Assembly (NCBI GenBank): GCA_040879685.1 | Contig: JBBDJW010000012.1 | Coordinates: forward strand, 14,233 to 78,232 | Reading direction: 5' to 3' | DNA: 64,000 nucleotides | Origin: Minisyncoccota bacterium | GTDB lineage: Bacteria > Patescibacteriota > Minisyncoccia > Phycocordibacterales > UBA2135 | In this document: positions 47,981 to 58,174 of the stretch, piece after piece | How positions within the stretch are numbered: the stretch's first letter is position 1 | Layout of the letters: every line of letters starts with the position of its first letter | Translations under genes and position numbers: made by a program | The notes under the pieces: model-generated | The model's input: only the letters and a program-made list of their open reading frames with translations | Database searches by the model: none | What the model was told of the DNA's origin: nothing

Positions 47981-48332
47981 GGAAAACCAGGGGTTTTCGC
48001 TTAGACTTTTTCAATACGCCAGGCGCCTGGCGTATTGGGGTGCCTTCTTTAGGAGGCTTGTTTTAGCCATTAGACAAGCCTCTATTTTCGTGATATTATT
48101 GAAATGTAGTGCACTCTACCTATTGTGAAAAAAGAGAGAGTATGTCAGAAAGAGAAAGAGATAGAGAGAGGGCAAGACGAACTTTAATTACCGATTTTTA
48201 ACTATCCCGTTTGTTTTTAAACATTTCCTTACTTTCTAAAATGTAGGTTAAAGATTCTTTTAATTTCCCAAATCCTTCTTTAGTAAGAGAGAGAGGAAGA
48301 AGGCGTATAAAAAACAAACAGGAGCAAGAACC

Positions 48333-49862
48333 ATGAGCCTCAAACTTATTTTGTTCTTGCTCGGATTCGCAGGCCTTATCGGCATCGCCGTTGGTTACTT
48401 TCTGCGCTTCCTCATCGCTATGGGGAAGCGCGGTTCCATTGAGCTTCGTACCAGGCACATGGAACTTCAGGCACAAGAAAAGACAAAGAGAATTATTGAT
48501 GAAGCTGAAAAGAAAGCACTTGCGATAGAGAAAGAGGCAAAAGAAAAAGCGAAAGAGCAAGAAACAAAAATTCAAAAGAAGGAAGATCGTCTCATTAAAA
48601 AAGAAGAACTTCTTGACACAAGACAGCTAGATCTTGGTAAAGAAGAAGAGACACTCAAAAGCAAAATAGAAGAGGTGCGCGCCATAAAAGAGCGCACAGA
48701 AAACTTAGAAGAGGAAAAAAAGAAGCTACTTGAAAAAGTGGCGGAACTTTCTCTTTCCGATGCGCGTGATGCGCTTATGAAGCAAGCAGAGAAGGATTAT
48801 GAAGAGGATGTGCTCGTACGCCTTCAAAAGCTTGAGCAAACAGGAAAAGAAAAAATTGAACGTCGCGCGAAAGAAATTTTAACAACAGCAATTCATCGGC
48901 TCGGCAATGCGGTCTCTTCAGATGTTTTGGCAACGTCGGTTACCATTCCTAACGACGAGATAAAAGGAAAAATTATTGGAAAGGAAGGGCGGAATATCCG
49001 TGCTTTTGAGCGCTCTGCCGGTGTTGAACTTATTGTTGACGACACGCCGGGTGCGGTTCTTATCTCTGCCTTTGATCCCGTGCGCAGGCAGATCGCTCGT
49101 ATGGCACTTGAAAATTTAATTATGGACGGGAGAATTCAGCCGGCGCGCATTGAAGAAGAGGTGATAAAGGCAAAAGAAGAGATAAGTAAAATCATTAGAG
49201 AAAAAGGAGAGCAGGCTGTATATGAGTGCGGCATTTTGCATCTTGATCCGCGACTTGTTTCTATCTTGGGAAGACTCTACTTTAGAACGAGCTATGGGCA
49301 AAATGTTCTTCAACATTCAATTGAAATGACTCACATCTCGGGAATCTTAGCAGAAGAACTGGGGGCTGATGTCGCGGTTGCAAAAGCGGGAGCGCTCCTG
49401 CACGATATCGGAAAGACAGTAAGCCATGAGGTGCAGGGCACTCATGTTGAGATTGGACGCAGAATTTTGCAGAAATTTAATGTTGACGAGAAAATTATTC
49501 AGGCGATGCAGTCGCATCACGAGGAGTATCCCTATGAGACGGTTGAATCAGTTATTGTGCAGGTAGCAGATGCGATTTCAGGGGGTCGGCCCGGCGCGCG
49601 TCGTGATAGTGTAGAGAACTATCTAAAACGTCTTGAGGACCTGGAAAGCATTGCAAATTCATTTGAGGGAGTTGAGAAATCATATGCTATCTCTGCCGGG
49701 CGCGAAGTGAGAATTTTTGTTACTCCCGAGAAGATTTCTGATTTTGAGGCGCGAAAAATTGCACAGGGAATCGCACGGAGAATAGAGAAAGAGCTTAAAT
49801 ACCCCGGAGAAATCAAAATCGCGGTCATTAGGGAGTCTCGTGTCATTGAATACGCACGATAA
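48333..49862 (+). CDS. rny: Ribonuclease Y
   Basis: N-terminal TM, coiled-coil, KH domain (GKIIGKEGRNIRAFE) and HD domain (LLHDIGK). Confidence 0.9.
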   Translation: MSLKLILFLLGFAGLIGIAVGYFLRFLIAMGKRGSIELRTRHMELQAQEKTKRIIDEAEKKALAIEKEAKEKAKEQETKIQKKEDRLIKKEELLDTRQLDLGKEEETLKSKIEEVRAIKERTENLEEEKKKLLEKVAELSLSDARDALMKQAEKDYEEDVLVRLQKLEQTGKEKIERRAKEILTTAIHRLGNAVSSDVLATSVTIPNDEIKGKIIGKEGRNIRAFERSAGVELIVDDTPGAVLISAFDPVRRQIARMALENLIMDGRIQPARIEEEVIKAKEEISKIIREKGEQAVYECGILHLDPRLVSILGRLYFRTSYGQNVLQHSIEMTHISGILAEELGADVAVAKAGALLHDIGKTVSHEVQGTHVEIGRRILQKFNVDEKIIQAMQSHHEEYPYETVESVIVQVADAISGGRPGARRDSVENYLKRLEDLESIANSFEGVEKSYAISAGREVRIFVTPEKISDFEARKIAQGIARRIEKELKYPGEIKIAVIRESRVIEYAR

Positions 49863-49925
49863 GCTAGATACCAGATCCTAGTCTCTAGACTCCAGCCTCC
49901 ATTTTTAGCTCCTAGAGCAGGGCTT

Positions 49926-49994
49926 GCCCCCACGCTGAAATATATGATGCGCCGGAGGCGCGTTTGTTAAAAACTCATATACTTCAGCGTGGGG
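49926..49994. repeat. About 69-nt structured repeat element, copy B (inverted orientation relative to copy A at 36164-36230)
   Basis: The sequence is CCCCACGCTGAAATATATGA-TGCGCCGGAGGCGCG-...-TCATATACTTCAGCGTGGGGG. It is about 85% identical to the reverse complement of copy A. Confidence 0.6.
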
Positions 49995-50116
49995 GCTTGC
50001 GCGCTTATCTATCCCTAGTATAATAGCCACATAGAGGTTATATCCTTTATTAATTTATAAGAAAGTTCCCCTGCCTCCTGATGAGTAATTTTTCAAGGGC
50101 AGGACAATATACATAT

Positions 50117-50398
50117 ATGAACAAAAATAAAGCAGCTCTCGTTGATATTGTTAACGAGACGATGGGTGGCACAAAGGCAGATGCTGAACGAGCAGTAGAC
50201 GCTCTTTTTGGCGCAGTTGTTGACACCTTGAAGAGCGGTGGTGAGGTTTCTGTAGCGGGATTTGGCGTTTTTTCGGCCAAGGAACGCGCAGCACGAACTG
50301 CACGCAATCCACGAACAGGCGAGCCAATTCAAGTGCCTGCCATGCGGGTACCTAAGTTTAGAGCAGCAAAGGCGCTCAAGGACGCAGTAAAACAGTAA
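50117..50398 (+). CDS. hup: DNA-binding protein HU
   Basis: MNKNKAALVDIV...GFGVFSAKERAARTARNPRTGEPIQVPA matches the HU arm signature. Start chosen at the internal Met. Confidence 0.85.
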   Translation: MNKNKAALVDIVNETMGGTKADAERAVDALFGAVVDTLKSGGEVSVAGFGVFSAKERAARTARNPRTGEPIQVPAMRVPKFRAAKALKDAVKQ

Positions 50399-50443
50399 GG
50401 ATTTATCCTTTTTCTCGGTTTGTACCAAAGTAGTACAGCCAAT

Positions 50444-50478
50444 AAAACAAAACCCCCTTTAAAAGGGGGTTTTGTTTT
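50444..50478. terminator. Bidirectional rho-independent terminator (AAAACAAAACCCCCTTT/AAAGGGGGTTTTGTTTT)
   Basis: Perfect GC-cored stem flanked by A/T runs on both sides, between convergent hup and the 50513-50857 gene. Confidence 0.65.
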
Positions 50479-50512
50479 ATTGGCTGTTGGTTCAGTGCAA
50501 GAGATTTAAAAG

Positions 50513-50857
50513 TTAAAGCCCAAGCTCTGATTCAATTGCTTCAAGATCGGCGTCAAGGTTGTCTAAATTAGTTGTATCAAGGTCTTCCTCAATGTCGCCC
50601 ACCTTATCGGAAGTTCCTTGTGCTTGCAACTCATCAATTACTCCATCGTTATCTGGAGAAAGGCTTTCCAATGATGAGGACTGCTCACTCCAAAGATAAA
50701 GACCTCCGGCGACAAGTATAATGATAATAATCACAATGCCAATAAGTGGGCCAAATGATTTGTGTCCACTCTCATCACCGTCAGGCATACCAGACATCTC
50801 TCTTTGTGCAGTTTCGGTATTTTCTAGGGGAGCTCCCATATTTTCTTTGTTGTTCAT
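50513..50857 (-). CDS. Small membrane protein with an acidic exposed C-terminus
   Basis: One TM helix (IGIVIIIIILVAGGLYLW). No motif recognised. Confidence 0.4.
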   Translation of the reverse strand: MNNKENMGAPLENTETAQREMSGMPDGDESGHKSFGPLIGIVIIIIILVAGGLYLWSEQSSSLESLSPDNDGVIDELQAQGTSDKVGDIEEDLDTTNLDNLDADLEAIESELGL

Positions 50858-50885
50858 AGATTTTTTAGATTAAATTAGTAATGAG

Positions 50886-51614
50886 TTACTCAGTGCTATT
50901 TTCATTTTCTTCTTCATCATCACCTTCATTACCTTCATCTTCTTCTGATGCAGCGTCCTTGAGTTCCACAACTGCCTCTACTAATGCTCTGTGTGCGGTT
51001 CGTATTTTCTCTACTGCTCCTTTCACTGCCTCACGAAGGCTCGCAAGGGCATCAGCAGGCGTTTCACCCGCTCGCAGACTCTCACTTATTGTCGTTACCA
51101 AAATAGGGATATCAGCAACGGCGTTTTTTGCATCAATGATTGTATCTCCTGCAGTAGTAAGAAGATTTCGAACAGACTGCATATCAACTCCTCTTTCTTC
51201 AAACTTCTCTACCCGAGAGAGAATTCTTTCCGAAAGAATCTGAAGCCTTTCGGTAGCTGCTCCGAGACGGCTTCCCATTCTTAAAATAAGCGCTTCAATG
51301 CGCAAAATGCGCCCTTCAAGTGCTTGTGCTCTTTTCTCTTGTGCTTGAGTTTGTTGCTGGGCAGCTTTTTCTTCTGCTGCCACTCTCCTCTCCTCAGCCT
51401 CGCCTTGTACACGTGTTGTCGCTTCTTGTGTTTCTACCGTCGCTTCACGTCGTTTTTCAACGTCTTCTTTTTCAAGAAGCGTGTCACGTTTTTCATTTAA
51501 TCGTTCTTGAAGCGTTGGTCTTTCTGCTGTAGTGCGCTCTTGTGCAAGCGCAAACCCCGTGCTTGCCATAAGTGCAAAAATAGCAAGAGGAATTATAAAT
51601 GTTATGTTTTTCAT
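50886..51614 (-). CDS. Secreted coiled-coil protein with an acidic C-terminal tail
   Basis: Signal peptide (IIPLAIFALMASTGFALA) and a heptad-rich Ala/Glu/Arg sequence. Confidence 0.45.
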   Translation of the reverse strand: MKNITFIIPLAIFALMASTGFALAQERTTAERPTLQERLNEKRDTLLEKEDVEKRREATVETQEATTRVQGEAEERRVAAEEKAAQQQTQAQEKRAQALEGRILRIEALILRMGSRLGAATERLQILSERILSRVEKFEERGVDMQSVRNLLTTAGDTIIDAKNAVADIPILVTTISESLRAGETPADALASLREAVKGAVEKIRTAHRALVEAVVELKDAASEEDEGNEGDDEEENENSTE

Positions 51615-51945
51615 AAGATTGTAATGTTTTTAATTATAAAAGATTAATACTACACATTTTATTTTATGGTGGGATGTCAAAGTTCTTTGTGGCAGACCTC
51701 TTTTTACCACTACCGTACTTACGCTTTATTCTACCTAAAAAGCCTTTATAAAGCCACTATGTTGAAAAGTATCTATAAAAAATTGACAAATAGATAAAAA
51801 TTTGTCGTAATACTGCTAAATTTATCTCTACACCTTTCATTAACCAACAAACATGTGAGAGGTTGAGTTAGCCTAAGTGAAGTCACCGGCTCAAAACCAA
51901 AAAATTACCAACCTCTTTTAAGAGCAAGGCGTTTTTTTTATTTTT

Positions 51946-52470
51946 TTACCCCCCATACTTTTCTTTGTAGAGTGCGAATGATTTTTCAATTGCCTCAAAT
52001 GCCTTTTCTTTCGGTAGCCACTTTCCCACCGTAACTTCTTTTTCTTGCAGGTCTTTATATACCTTAAAGAAGTGTTGAATTTCCAAAAGTAAGTGTGACT
52101 CAACCTCTGTAAGGTCGTAGATAGAAGAAAAACGAGGGTCTTCAACGGGGATAGTCAGGATTTTAATATCATCTTCGCCGGCATCGTTCATTTCAAGGGC
52201 CCCGACAGGGCGTGCCTCCACGAGACTCCCCGGGATAAGTGGCTCATGCGCAACAACCAAAATATCAAGCGGGTCGCCATCGTCCCATAAAGTTTGAGGG
52301 ACAAAACCATAATTTGTCGGATAGTGCATCGGCGAGTAGAGAACACGGTCAAATTTTATAAGTCCCGTTTCTTTATCAAGTTCATATTTCACACGGGAAA
52401 GCTTAGGAATCTCAACGATAACATTGAGCCTTTCTTTTTCTCCGTGCGGTATATCGTGCCAGTGATTCAT
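51946..52470 (-). CDS. ppa: Inorganic pyrophosphatase (family I)
   Basis: Signature DGDPLDILV and a metal-binding Asp cluster; 174 aa. Confidence 0.9.
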   Translation of the reverse strand: MNHWHDIPHGEKERLNVIVEIPKLSRVKYELDKETGLIKFDRVLYSPMHYPTNYGFVPQTLWDDGDPLDILVVAHEPLIPGSLVEARPVGALEMNDAGEDDIKILTIPVEDPRFSSIYDLTEVESHLLLEIQHFFKVYKDLQEKEVTVGKWLPKEKAFEAIEKSFALYKEKYGG

Positions 52471-52513
52471 AGTGCGAGTAAGTGGTTAGTAGTAAGTAGT
52501 TGATAGTTCTCTT

Positions 52514-53869
52514 TTATTTTATCTCAGTTTCTTTTTCCTGCCCAGACGCCTCCTCCCTTACTTCGCTGGAGTCTTCTACGGAGGTAGTCTTATCTTCCGG
52601 GCTCTCAGGGAGAGATTCTTTCTCTTTAAGAATCTCTTCAGGTTTTTCGGCACTCGGAATTTCTTTTTCCTCTTCTTCGGGAGTTTGTGTTATTCCTTCA
52701 CCACTTTCAACTTCTCGAATATCAATCTTCCATCCTGTAAGTTTTGCCGCAAGACGCGCGTTTTGCCCGCCCTTACCAATTGCGAGTGAGTATTGATCTT
52801 CGTGCACTCTAAGGGTCGCACTATGCTCTTCTTTATTGAGGATAACCTCAACAACTTGCCCTGGTGAGATGGCGCGTTCAATAAAGAGTGCTTCATCAGA
52901 AGACCATTCAATAACATCAATTTTCTCGCCCCCTAACTCGCTCATAATGGTTCCGATACGGACACCTCGTCCACCAACACATGAGCCAACAGGGTCAATG
53001 TGTTCATCGTTTGAGCACACGGCAATTTTAGAGCGAGATCCTGCCTCGCGCGCGATTGTTTTCACCTCTACTGTTCCGTTTGCAATTTCCGGTACCTCTA
53101 TTTCAAAGAGTTTAAAGAGGAACTGTGAATGTGAACGGGAAAGCTTAAGGGTAATGTCACGAGCCGTTTCATCTACGGTGTAGAGATAAGCGCGAATACG
53201 GTCTCCCGACTTAAAATATTCTCCGGGGATTTGCTCGTTGCGTGGCAACACCCCAATGACACGGCCGAGGTCTACATAAATGTTGCCTCGTTCAATTCTT
53301 TGCACCGTTCCGCTTACAATTTCTCCACGGCGTTTCTCAAACTCATTCATCACAGAAATCCGCTCTGCCTCGCGGATTCTTTGTATGATAACTTGCTTTG
53401 CTGTCTGTGCGGCAATTCTTCCGTAGTCACTTCGCATCTCAAGAGGAAAGACGAGCTCTTCTTCAAGTTGTGCGTCTTTCTTTATCATCTTCGCATCTTC
53501 AAGAAGAATGTGTTGCTCAGGGTTAAAACGGATGTGCGTTTCCTCTTCTTTCTCTTCGGGAGAATCCTCCTCATTATCAGTACGAGTAGCTTCGGGATTT
53601 TTTGCTTCTTGTGCTTCGGTTACTTCTTCATCAACCTCTTCTTCCACTCTCACCATAGATTCGTCCACCACGGTTTTAATTTGGTTAAACTCAACCTTAC
53701 CGCTGTTCAAATCAAAAGAAGCGCGAACTACTTGTCCCCTTTTTCCATAATCTTTTTTATACGCAGCAGCCAAAGCATCCTCAATTGCCTCAAGAATTTT
53801 TTCTTGCGGGATACCGCGCTCTGTCTCAAGCTGTAATAATGCAGACTTTAGTGTTTTTAAATCAAACAT
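52514..53869 (-). CDS. nusA: Transcription termination/antitermination factor NusA with an acidic C-terminal extension
   Basis: N-terminal domain, S1 domain and two KH domains (VGSCVGGRGVRIGTI..., IGKGGQNARLAAKLTGWKIDI). Confidence 0.9.
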   Translation of the reverse strand: MFDLKTLKSALLQLETERGIPQEKILEAIEDALAAAYKKDYGKRGQVVRASFDLNSGKVEFNQIKTVVDESMVRVEEEVDEEVTEAQEAKNPEATRTDNEEDSPEEKEEETHIRFNPEQHILLEDAKMIKKDAQLEEELVFPLEMRSDYGRIAAQTAKQVIIQRIREAERISVMNEFEKRRGEIVSGTVQRIERGNIYVDLGRVIGVLPRNEQIPGEYFKSGDRIRAYLYTVDETARDITLKLSRSHSQFLFKLFEIEVPEIANGTVEVKTIAREAGSRSKIAVCSNDEHIDPVGSCVGGRGVRIGTIMSELGGEKIDVIEWSSDEALFIERAISPGQVVEVILNKEEHSATLRVHEDQYSLAIGKGGQNARLAAKLTGWKIDIREVESGEGITQTPEEEEKEIPSAEKPEEILKEKESLPESPEDKTTSVEDSSEVREEASGQEKETEIK

Positions 53870-54117
53870 AGCAAAGTTTTTGGAATGTTAATGGGTAAAA
53901 AAATAAGCCCGTTTAAAACGGACCATTACTACCTCTTTGTTCAATTACAATAAAATTATTCTAGCAAATGAACGGGGTATGTCAACCCCTCACCTAGAAA
54001 GCGTGTTGCAAGAGACTCCACTATTACTGAGAGAGGAATGCAATAAAGTATCTCTATAGAAACAAACGCTTTTCTTTGATAAACTAATATGAAAGAAAAC
54101 TTTTTCACTAGCATTTT

Positions 54118-55854
54118 GTGTATTTAGATGAAGAACAACTAAAAACCTTTCTTCTTCGTGCCGGGCTTGCTGGCCGTGAGCTTCTTGAAGAAGCCCATCA
54201 AGAGGCTCGGAGAAAACGGACTGCTTTTCATGAAGAGCTTATGGGAAGCGAGCATCTCTCTGAAGAGAGTGTAAAAAAAGCATGTGCGCATGTGCTTGGG
54301 ATTCCTTATGTTTGTATTCGTGAAGAGGAGTTAGACCCCGAAGTTCTTATGATTATTCCAGAGCCTCTTTCAAGAAGACATAATGCATGTGCGTTTAAGC
54401 GTGACGACACAACTCTCTTTGTCGCATTTTTGGACATTGAGGATTTAAAGAAACTTTCCTTTCTTTCTCAAAAAACAGGACTTATTATTCGCCCCTCTCT
54501 CACTGATAGCGCTTCACTGCGCAAAGCGCTTTTACTTCATCAAAAACATCTCACGCAGACGTTTGGTGGGAAAATACGAACCAGCGTCAAAGCCCTCCCT
54601 TCTTACAAACAAGAAAAGGACGATGAAGAGGTGAGTACTCTTGCCCTTTTTGCGCAAGATGAGGCTACGGAAAACCTCCTCTCTCTTTTAATTGAACATG
54701 CTCGACTTTTCCACGCAACTGATATTCACATTGAGCCACTCGAAAAATCACTACGAGTTCGCTATCGCATTCTCGGGGCACTCTACAGCGCAATGGAGCT
54801 TCCAGAGTTGGGCAGTACCTTGTTAGTCGCTCGTGCGAAGTTTTTGTGCGGGCTTTCTCTTTCAAACACAAAGACACCACAAGAGGGGCGCTGTTCGCTT
54901 ACGTTTTCTCTTGAAAAAGTATCATTGCGTATATCTACAATGCCCACGCGCCTTGGAGAAAAGATGATTATTCGTATTTTAGAAGAAGGGATGAAAGGTT
55001 TTACCTTTTCGGGGTTAGGTTTTGTGGGGGAGAATTTGGCGCTTGCCCATGAGCTTGTGGAGAAGAAAGAAGGACTTGTTCTTATCACGGGGCCAGCGCA
55101 AAGTGGAAAGACGACGCTTCTCTATACTATATTAGACACTCTTAACTCGGGGAAACTCGCTCTCTCTTCTGTTGAAGACCCCATTGAATACCAACTTCCT
55201 TACGTCAATCAAACACAAGTTAATGTCAAAGAAGGACTTACCTTTTCGCGGGCGTTTCGTGGTGTACTGCGTCAGGACCCTGATGTGGTGGCACTCTCAG
55301 AAATTCAAGGGAGTGAGATTCTTTCCCTCTCGGCACAAGCCGCATTAAATGGGAAACGTGTTTTTGCGACAATCCATACCAACAAACAAAGGGGAGAAGT
55401 TCCCTTACTTCTCGAGAAGGGGGGCAACTCTCCCACACTTTCTTCTGCGCTCTCGGGGATTATCACCTGCCGTCTCATGAGGAGGCTCTCCGAGAACACA
55501 AAAAGAGTAAAACTTACAAAAAAAGAATTCTCACTTCTTAAAGAAAAGGTAAACACTCGCAAACTCTTACGGATATTGCGCGAAGAGGGAATTATCGGGG
55601 AGAATGAAACATGGCGCGATATTCATGTTTCTATTCCGGAGGGAGATGGCGACTATGATGGAGTCGTAGGCGTCTATAGTGTGCTTATGGTTACGCAGGC
55701 AGTAAAAGATTTGCTCGCAAAAGATGCAACTCCTTTAAAAATAGAAGAAGAAGCAATCCGCCACGGCGCACCCTCTCTTTTAGAGGACGGCATCATTAAG
55801 GCGGTGGAGGGTAAGACGAGTTTGGATGAGGTCTTTCGTGTATGTATGTCATAG
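54118..55854 (+). CDS. GspE/PilB-family secretion ATPase paralog (divergent; no tetracysteine zinc motif)
   Basis: Walker A GPAQSGKTT and the RQDPDVVALSEIQ region, with the N-terminal GSPII-like domain. The ORF-track coordinates are used as given. My base-by-base reading of the start codon was off by one and I could not resolve it. Confidence 0.65.
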   Translation: MYLDEEQLKTFLLRAGLAGRELLEEAHQEARRKRTAFHEELMGSEHLSEESVKKACAHVLGIPYVCIREEELDPEVLMIIPEPLSRRHNACAFKRDDTTLFVAFLDIEDLKKLSFLSQKTGLIIRPSLTDSASLRKALLLHQKHLTQTFGGKIRTSVKALPSYKQEKDDEEVSTLALFAQDEATENLLSLLIEHARLFHATDIHIEPLEKSLRVRYRILGALYSAMELPELGSTLLVARAKFLCGLSLSNTKTPQEGRCSLTFSLEKVSLRISTMPTRLGEKMIIRILEEGMKGFTFSGLGFVGENLALAHELVEKKEGLVLITGPAQSGKTTLLYTILDTLNSGKLALSSVEDPIEYQLPYVNQTQVNVKEGLTFSRAFRGVLRQDPDVVALSEIQGSEILSLSAQAALNGKRVFATIHTNKQRGEVPLLLEKGGNSPTLSSALSGIITCRLMRRLSENTKRVKLTKKEFSLLKEKVNTRKLLRILREEGIIGENETWRDIHVSIPEGDGDYDGVVGVYSVLMVTQAVKDLLAKDATPLKIEEEAIRHGAPSLLEDGIIKAVEGKTSLDEVFRVCMS

Positions 55855-55884
55855 TATGGCGCGCGGTGCTATACTCAAACAATT

Positions 55885-56658
55885 ATGAAGAAAAGAAAAC
55901 TCACCATTATCGCTAATTGGAAAGCAAACCCCGATACCCTCGGCAATGCACGAACACTATTTCGTAGTATAAAAATTGCTGTAAAGAAACTTGTTGGCGT
56001 TGAAGTTTTTGTGTGCCCCCCTTTTGTGTATCTTCACGAGCTTTCTAAAATTTCTAAAACACACAAGCTCTCTCTAGGGGCGCAAGGGGTCTCTCTTTTT
56101 GAGGGGGGAGCGCATACGGGAGAAATTTCTCCTGCGATGCTCTCTTCGGCAGGGGTCTCGGTTATCCTCATTGGGCATTCCGAGCAAAGAGAACAGGGAG
56201 AAAGTGATAAAAACATAAATGAGAAGATAAAACTTGCCCTGAAATATGGATTTCGGGTCGTCTTGTGTGTTGGTGAAAAGGTGCGAGATAGGGATGGAGA
56301 GTATTTCAGGGTGGTAAAAGAGCAACTTCAGAAAGATCTTAAGGGCGTTGCGCGGGGGAGGGTGGAGAATATTATGATTGCCTACGAACCCATCTGGGCA
56401 ATTGGTGCGCACGCAAAGCATGCTGATACTCCGGAGAATTTTGTTGAGATGTCTATCTTTATTCGCAAAGTTTTAAACGAGCTTTATAGTAAACAACATG
56501 CCTTAGGTGCGACTATTCTCTATGGTGGTTCAGTGAATGATAAAAACGCGGAAAGCTTCTTGTTGTGTCGCGAGACACAAGGTTTTCTTATAGGGAGAGC
56601 GAGCCTTGATGGCGGAAAATTTAAAGAGATTCTAACGCTTGCACATATACTGCGATAA
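55885..56658 (+). CDS. tpiA: Triosephosphate isomerase
   Basis: ANWKAN...IAYEPIWAIG...GGS motifs. Confidence 0.9.
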   Translation: MKKRKLTIIANWKANPDTLGNARTLFRSIKIAVKKLVGVEVFVCPPFVYLHELSKISKTHKLSLGAQGVSLFEGGAHTGEISPAMLSSAGVSVILIGHSEQREQGESDKNINEKIKLALKYGFRVVLCVGEKVRDRDGEYFRVVKEQLQKDLKGVARGRVENIMIAYEPIWAIGAHAKHADTPENFVEMSIFIRKVLNELYSKQHALGATILYGGSVNDKNAESFLLCRETQGFLIGRASLDGGKFKEILTLAHILR

Positions 56659-56660
56659 GT

Positions 56661-57779
56661 ATGTTTGAGAGGATAGATCGTATAAAAGATTTGAGAGGTA
56701 AAAAGGTGCTCGTTCGCTCTGATTTTAATGAGGTGATAAAAAAGGGCAAGCTTGCCTCCGATTTCAAAATTAAAAAAACATTTTCCACCATTTCTTTTTT
56801 AAGAGAAGCAGAGGCAAGTGTTATTTTGTTAAGCCACCATTCAACAAAAAGGCAAAGCTTACGAGTCGTTGCAGACTATCTGGGGGAACATTTTCCTATC
56901 ACATTTATCGGCGATGTGTATGATGTTGAAGGAATAAACGCGGCATTGGAAGGAGGAAATATTGTCTTATGCGAGAATCTTCGCTTTTGGGATGGAGAGG
57001 AAAAGAATGATAAAGAGTTTGCAAAGCATCTCGCTTCTTTGGGGGATGTGTATGTCAACGATGCGTTTGGCGTCTCTCATCGGGAGCATGCATCAGTTGT
57101 TTCGCTTCCGCGTGAGGTGCGCTCTTGTATGGGGTTTTTACTTGAAGAGGAGATACAAAACCTCACTCCATTTCTCACTCCTCAAAAACCATCGCTTATG
57201 ATTTTAGGGGGAGCAAAGGCGAAGAATAAGCTGGAAAGTGTACCAAAACTCCTTTCATTGTTTGATGAGATATTCATTGGTGGTGTGCTCGCCAATCACT
57301 TTTTTAAAGAAAAGGGGTTATCCATAGGAGCATCTTTTTTAGACGAAGGGGTTCAGGTGGCGTCGCTTCTTAATAATCCTCATATATTTCTTCCGCAAGA
57401 TGTTGTTGTTTCTTCAAAAGAAGGGCCGCAGAAGCGTGGAGTTCATGAGATTTTAGAAGATGAGTGCATTTTGGATATTGGTGATGAAACACTCGCCCTT
57501 TTGAAATCAAAAATAGAACGCGCACAAAGTGTTCTTTGTGCCGGACCCTTAGGAACTTATGACAGACAGGGGTTTGAGAAAGGAACACGGGAGGTGTTTG
57601 AGATGGTGAGAAAAAGCGATGCCATTTCAGTCGCTGGCGGGGGTGATACCGCGCGGTTTATTATTGAGAACAATCTTGAAGAAGGGTTTACCTTTCTCTC
57701 AACAGGCGGTGGCGCGATGCTCGCTTTTCTTGCTCATGGGACACTTCCCGCACTAGAAGCACTTAAAAAAACCTCTTGA
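56661..57779 (+). CDS. pgk: Phosphoglycerate kinase
   Basis: VRSDFNEV N-terminus, GGGDTA hinge and STGGGAMLAFL C-terminal motif. Confidence 0.9.
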   Translation: MFERIDRIKDLRGKKVLVRSDFNEVIKKGKLASDFKIKKTFSTISFLREAEASVILLSHHSTKRQSLRVVADYLGEHFPITFIGDVYDVEGINAALEGGNIVLCENLRFWDGEEKNDKEFAKHLASLGDVYVNDAFGVSHREHASVVSLPREVRSCMGFLLEEEIQNLTPFLTPQKPSLMILGGAKAKNKLESVPKLLSLFDEIFIGGVLANHFFKEKGLSIGASFLDEGVQVASLLNNPHIFLPQDVVVSSKEGPQKRGVHEILEDECILDIGDETLALLKSKIERAQSVLCAGPLGTYDRQGFEKGTREVFEMVRKSDAISVAGGGDTARFIIENNLEEGFTFLSTGGGAMLAFLAHGTLPALEALKKTS

Positions 57780-57817
57780 ATCACATTGAGTTACATTGAA
57801 TGATAAGGACTTTCTCT

Positions 57818-57855
57818 ACAATACTCTCACATTCTCGAGAATGTGAGAGTATTGT
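57818..57855. repeat. 38-bp perfect palindrome ACAATACTCTCACATTCTCGAGAATGTGAGAGTATTGT between convergent pgk and the ArsR-like gene
   Basis: Read directly. It shares its core with the 58175-58214 palindrome. Confidence 0.55.
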
Positions 57856-57870
57856 AATTATTGTTTACGT

Positions 57871-58161
57871 TTACTTTTCTTTGGTGAATTTTTTTAGAAA
57901 AGTAACAAATAATTTTCCATAAGGAGAAAGGGTGTGCTCAACGCTTCTCCCTTTGTATTTTTTATCAAGAAGCCCCGCAGTAAGAAGTCTTTGAGTATGT
58001 CCTGAAATTGTTTTTTCGTTTGCGTTTAGTTTTTTAATGATTTCTTCAAGTGTAAGAGATGGATGTTTTTCAAGAAGTATGAGAACCTCCAAGCGCCAAT
58101 GATTTGCCGCGCCCTTGAAATATCTCTCCAACTTTTTCCCTTGTTTTATATTTTTCGCCAT
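57871..58161 (-). CDS. ArsR/SmtB-family winged-helix transcriptional regulator
   Basis: 96 aa; HTH region LTLEEIIKKLNANEKTISGHTQRLLTAGLL. Confidence 0.65.
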   Translation of the reverse strand: MAKNIKQGKKLERYFKGAANHWRLEVLILLEKHPSLTLEEIIKKLNANEKTISGHTQRLLTAGLLDKKYKGRSVEHTLSPYGKLFVTFLKKFTKEK

Positions 58162-58174
58162 ACCAGTATCGTAC

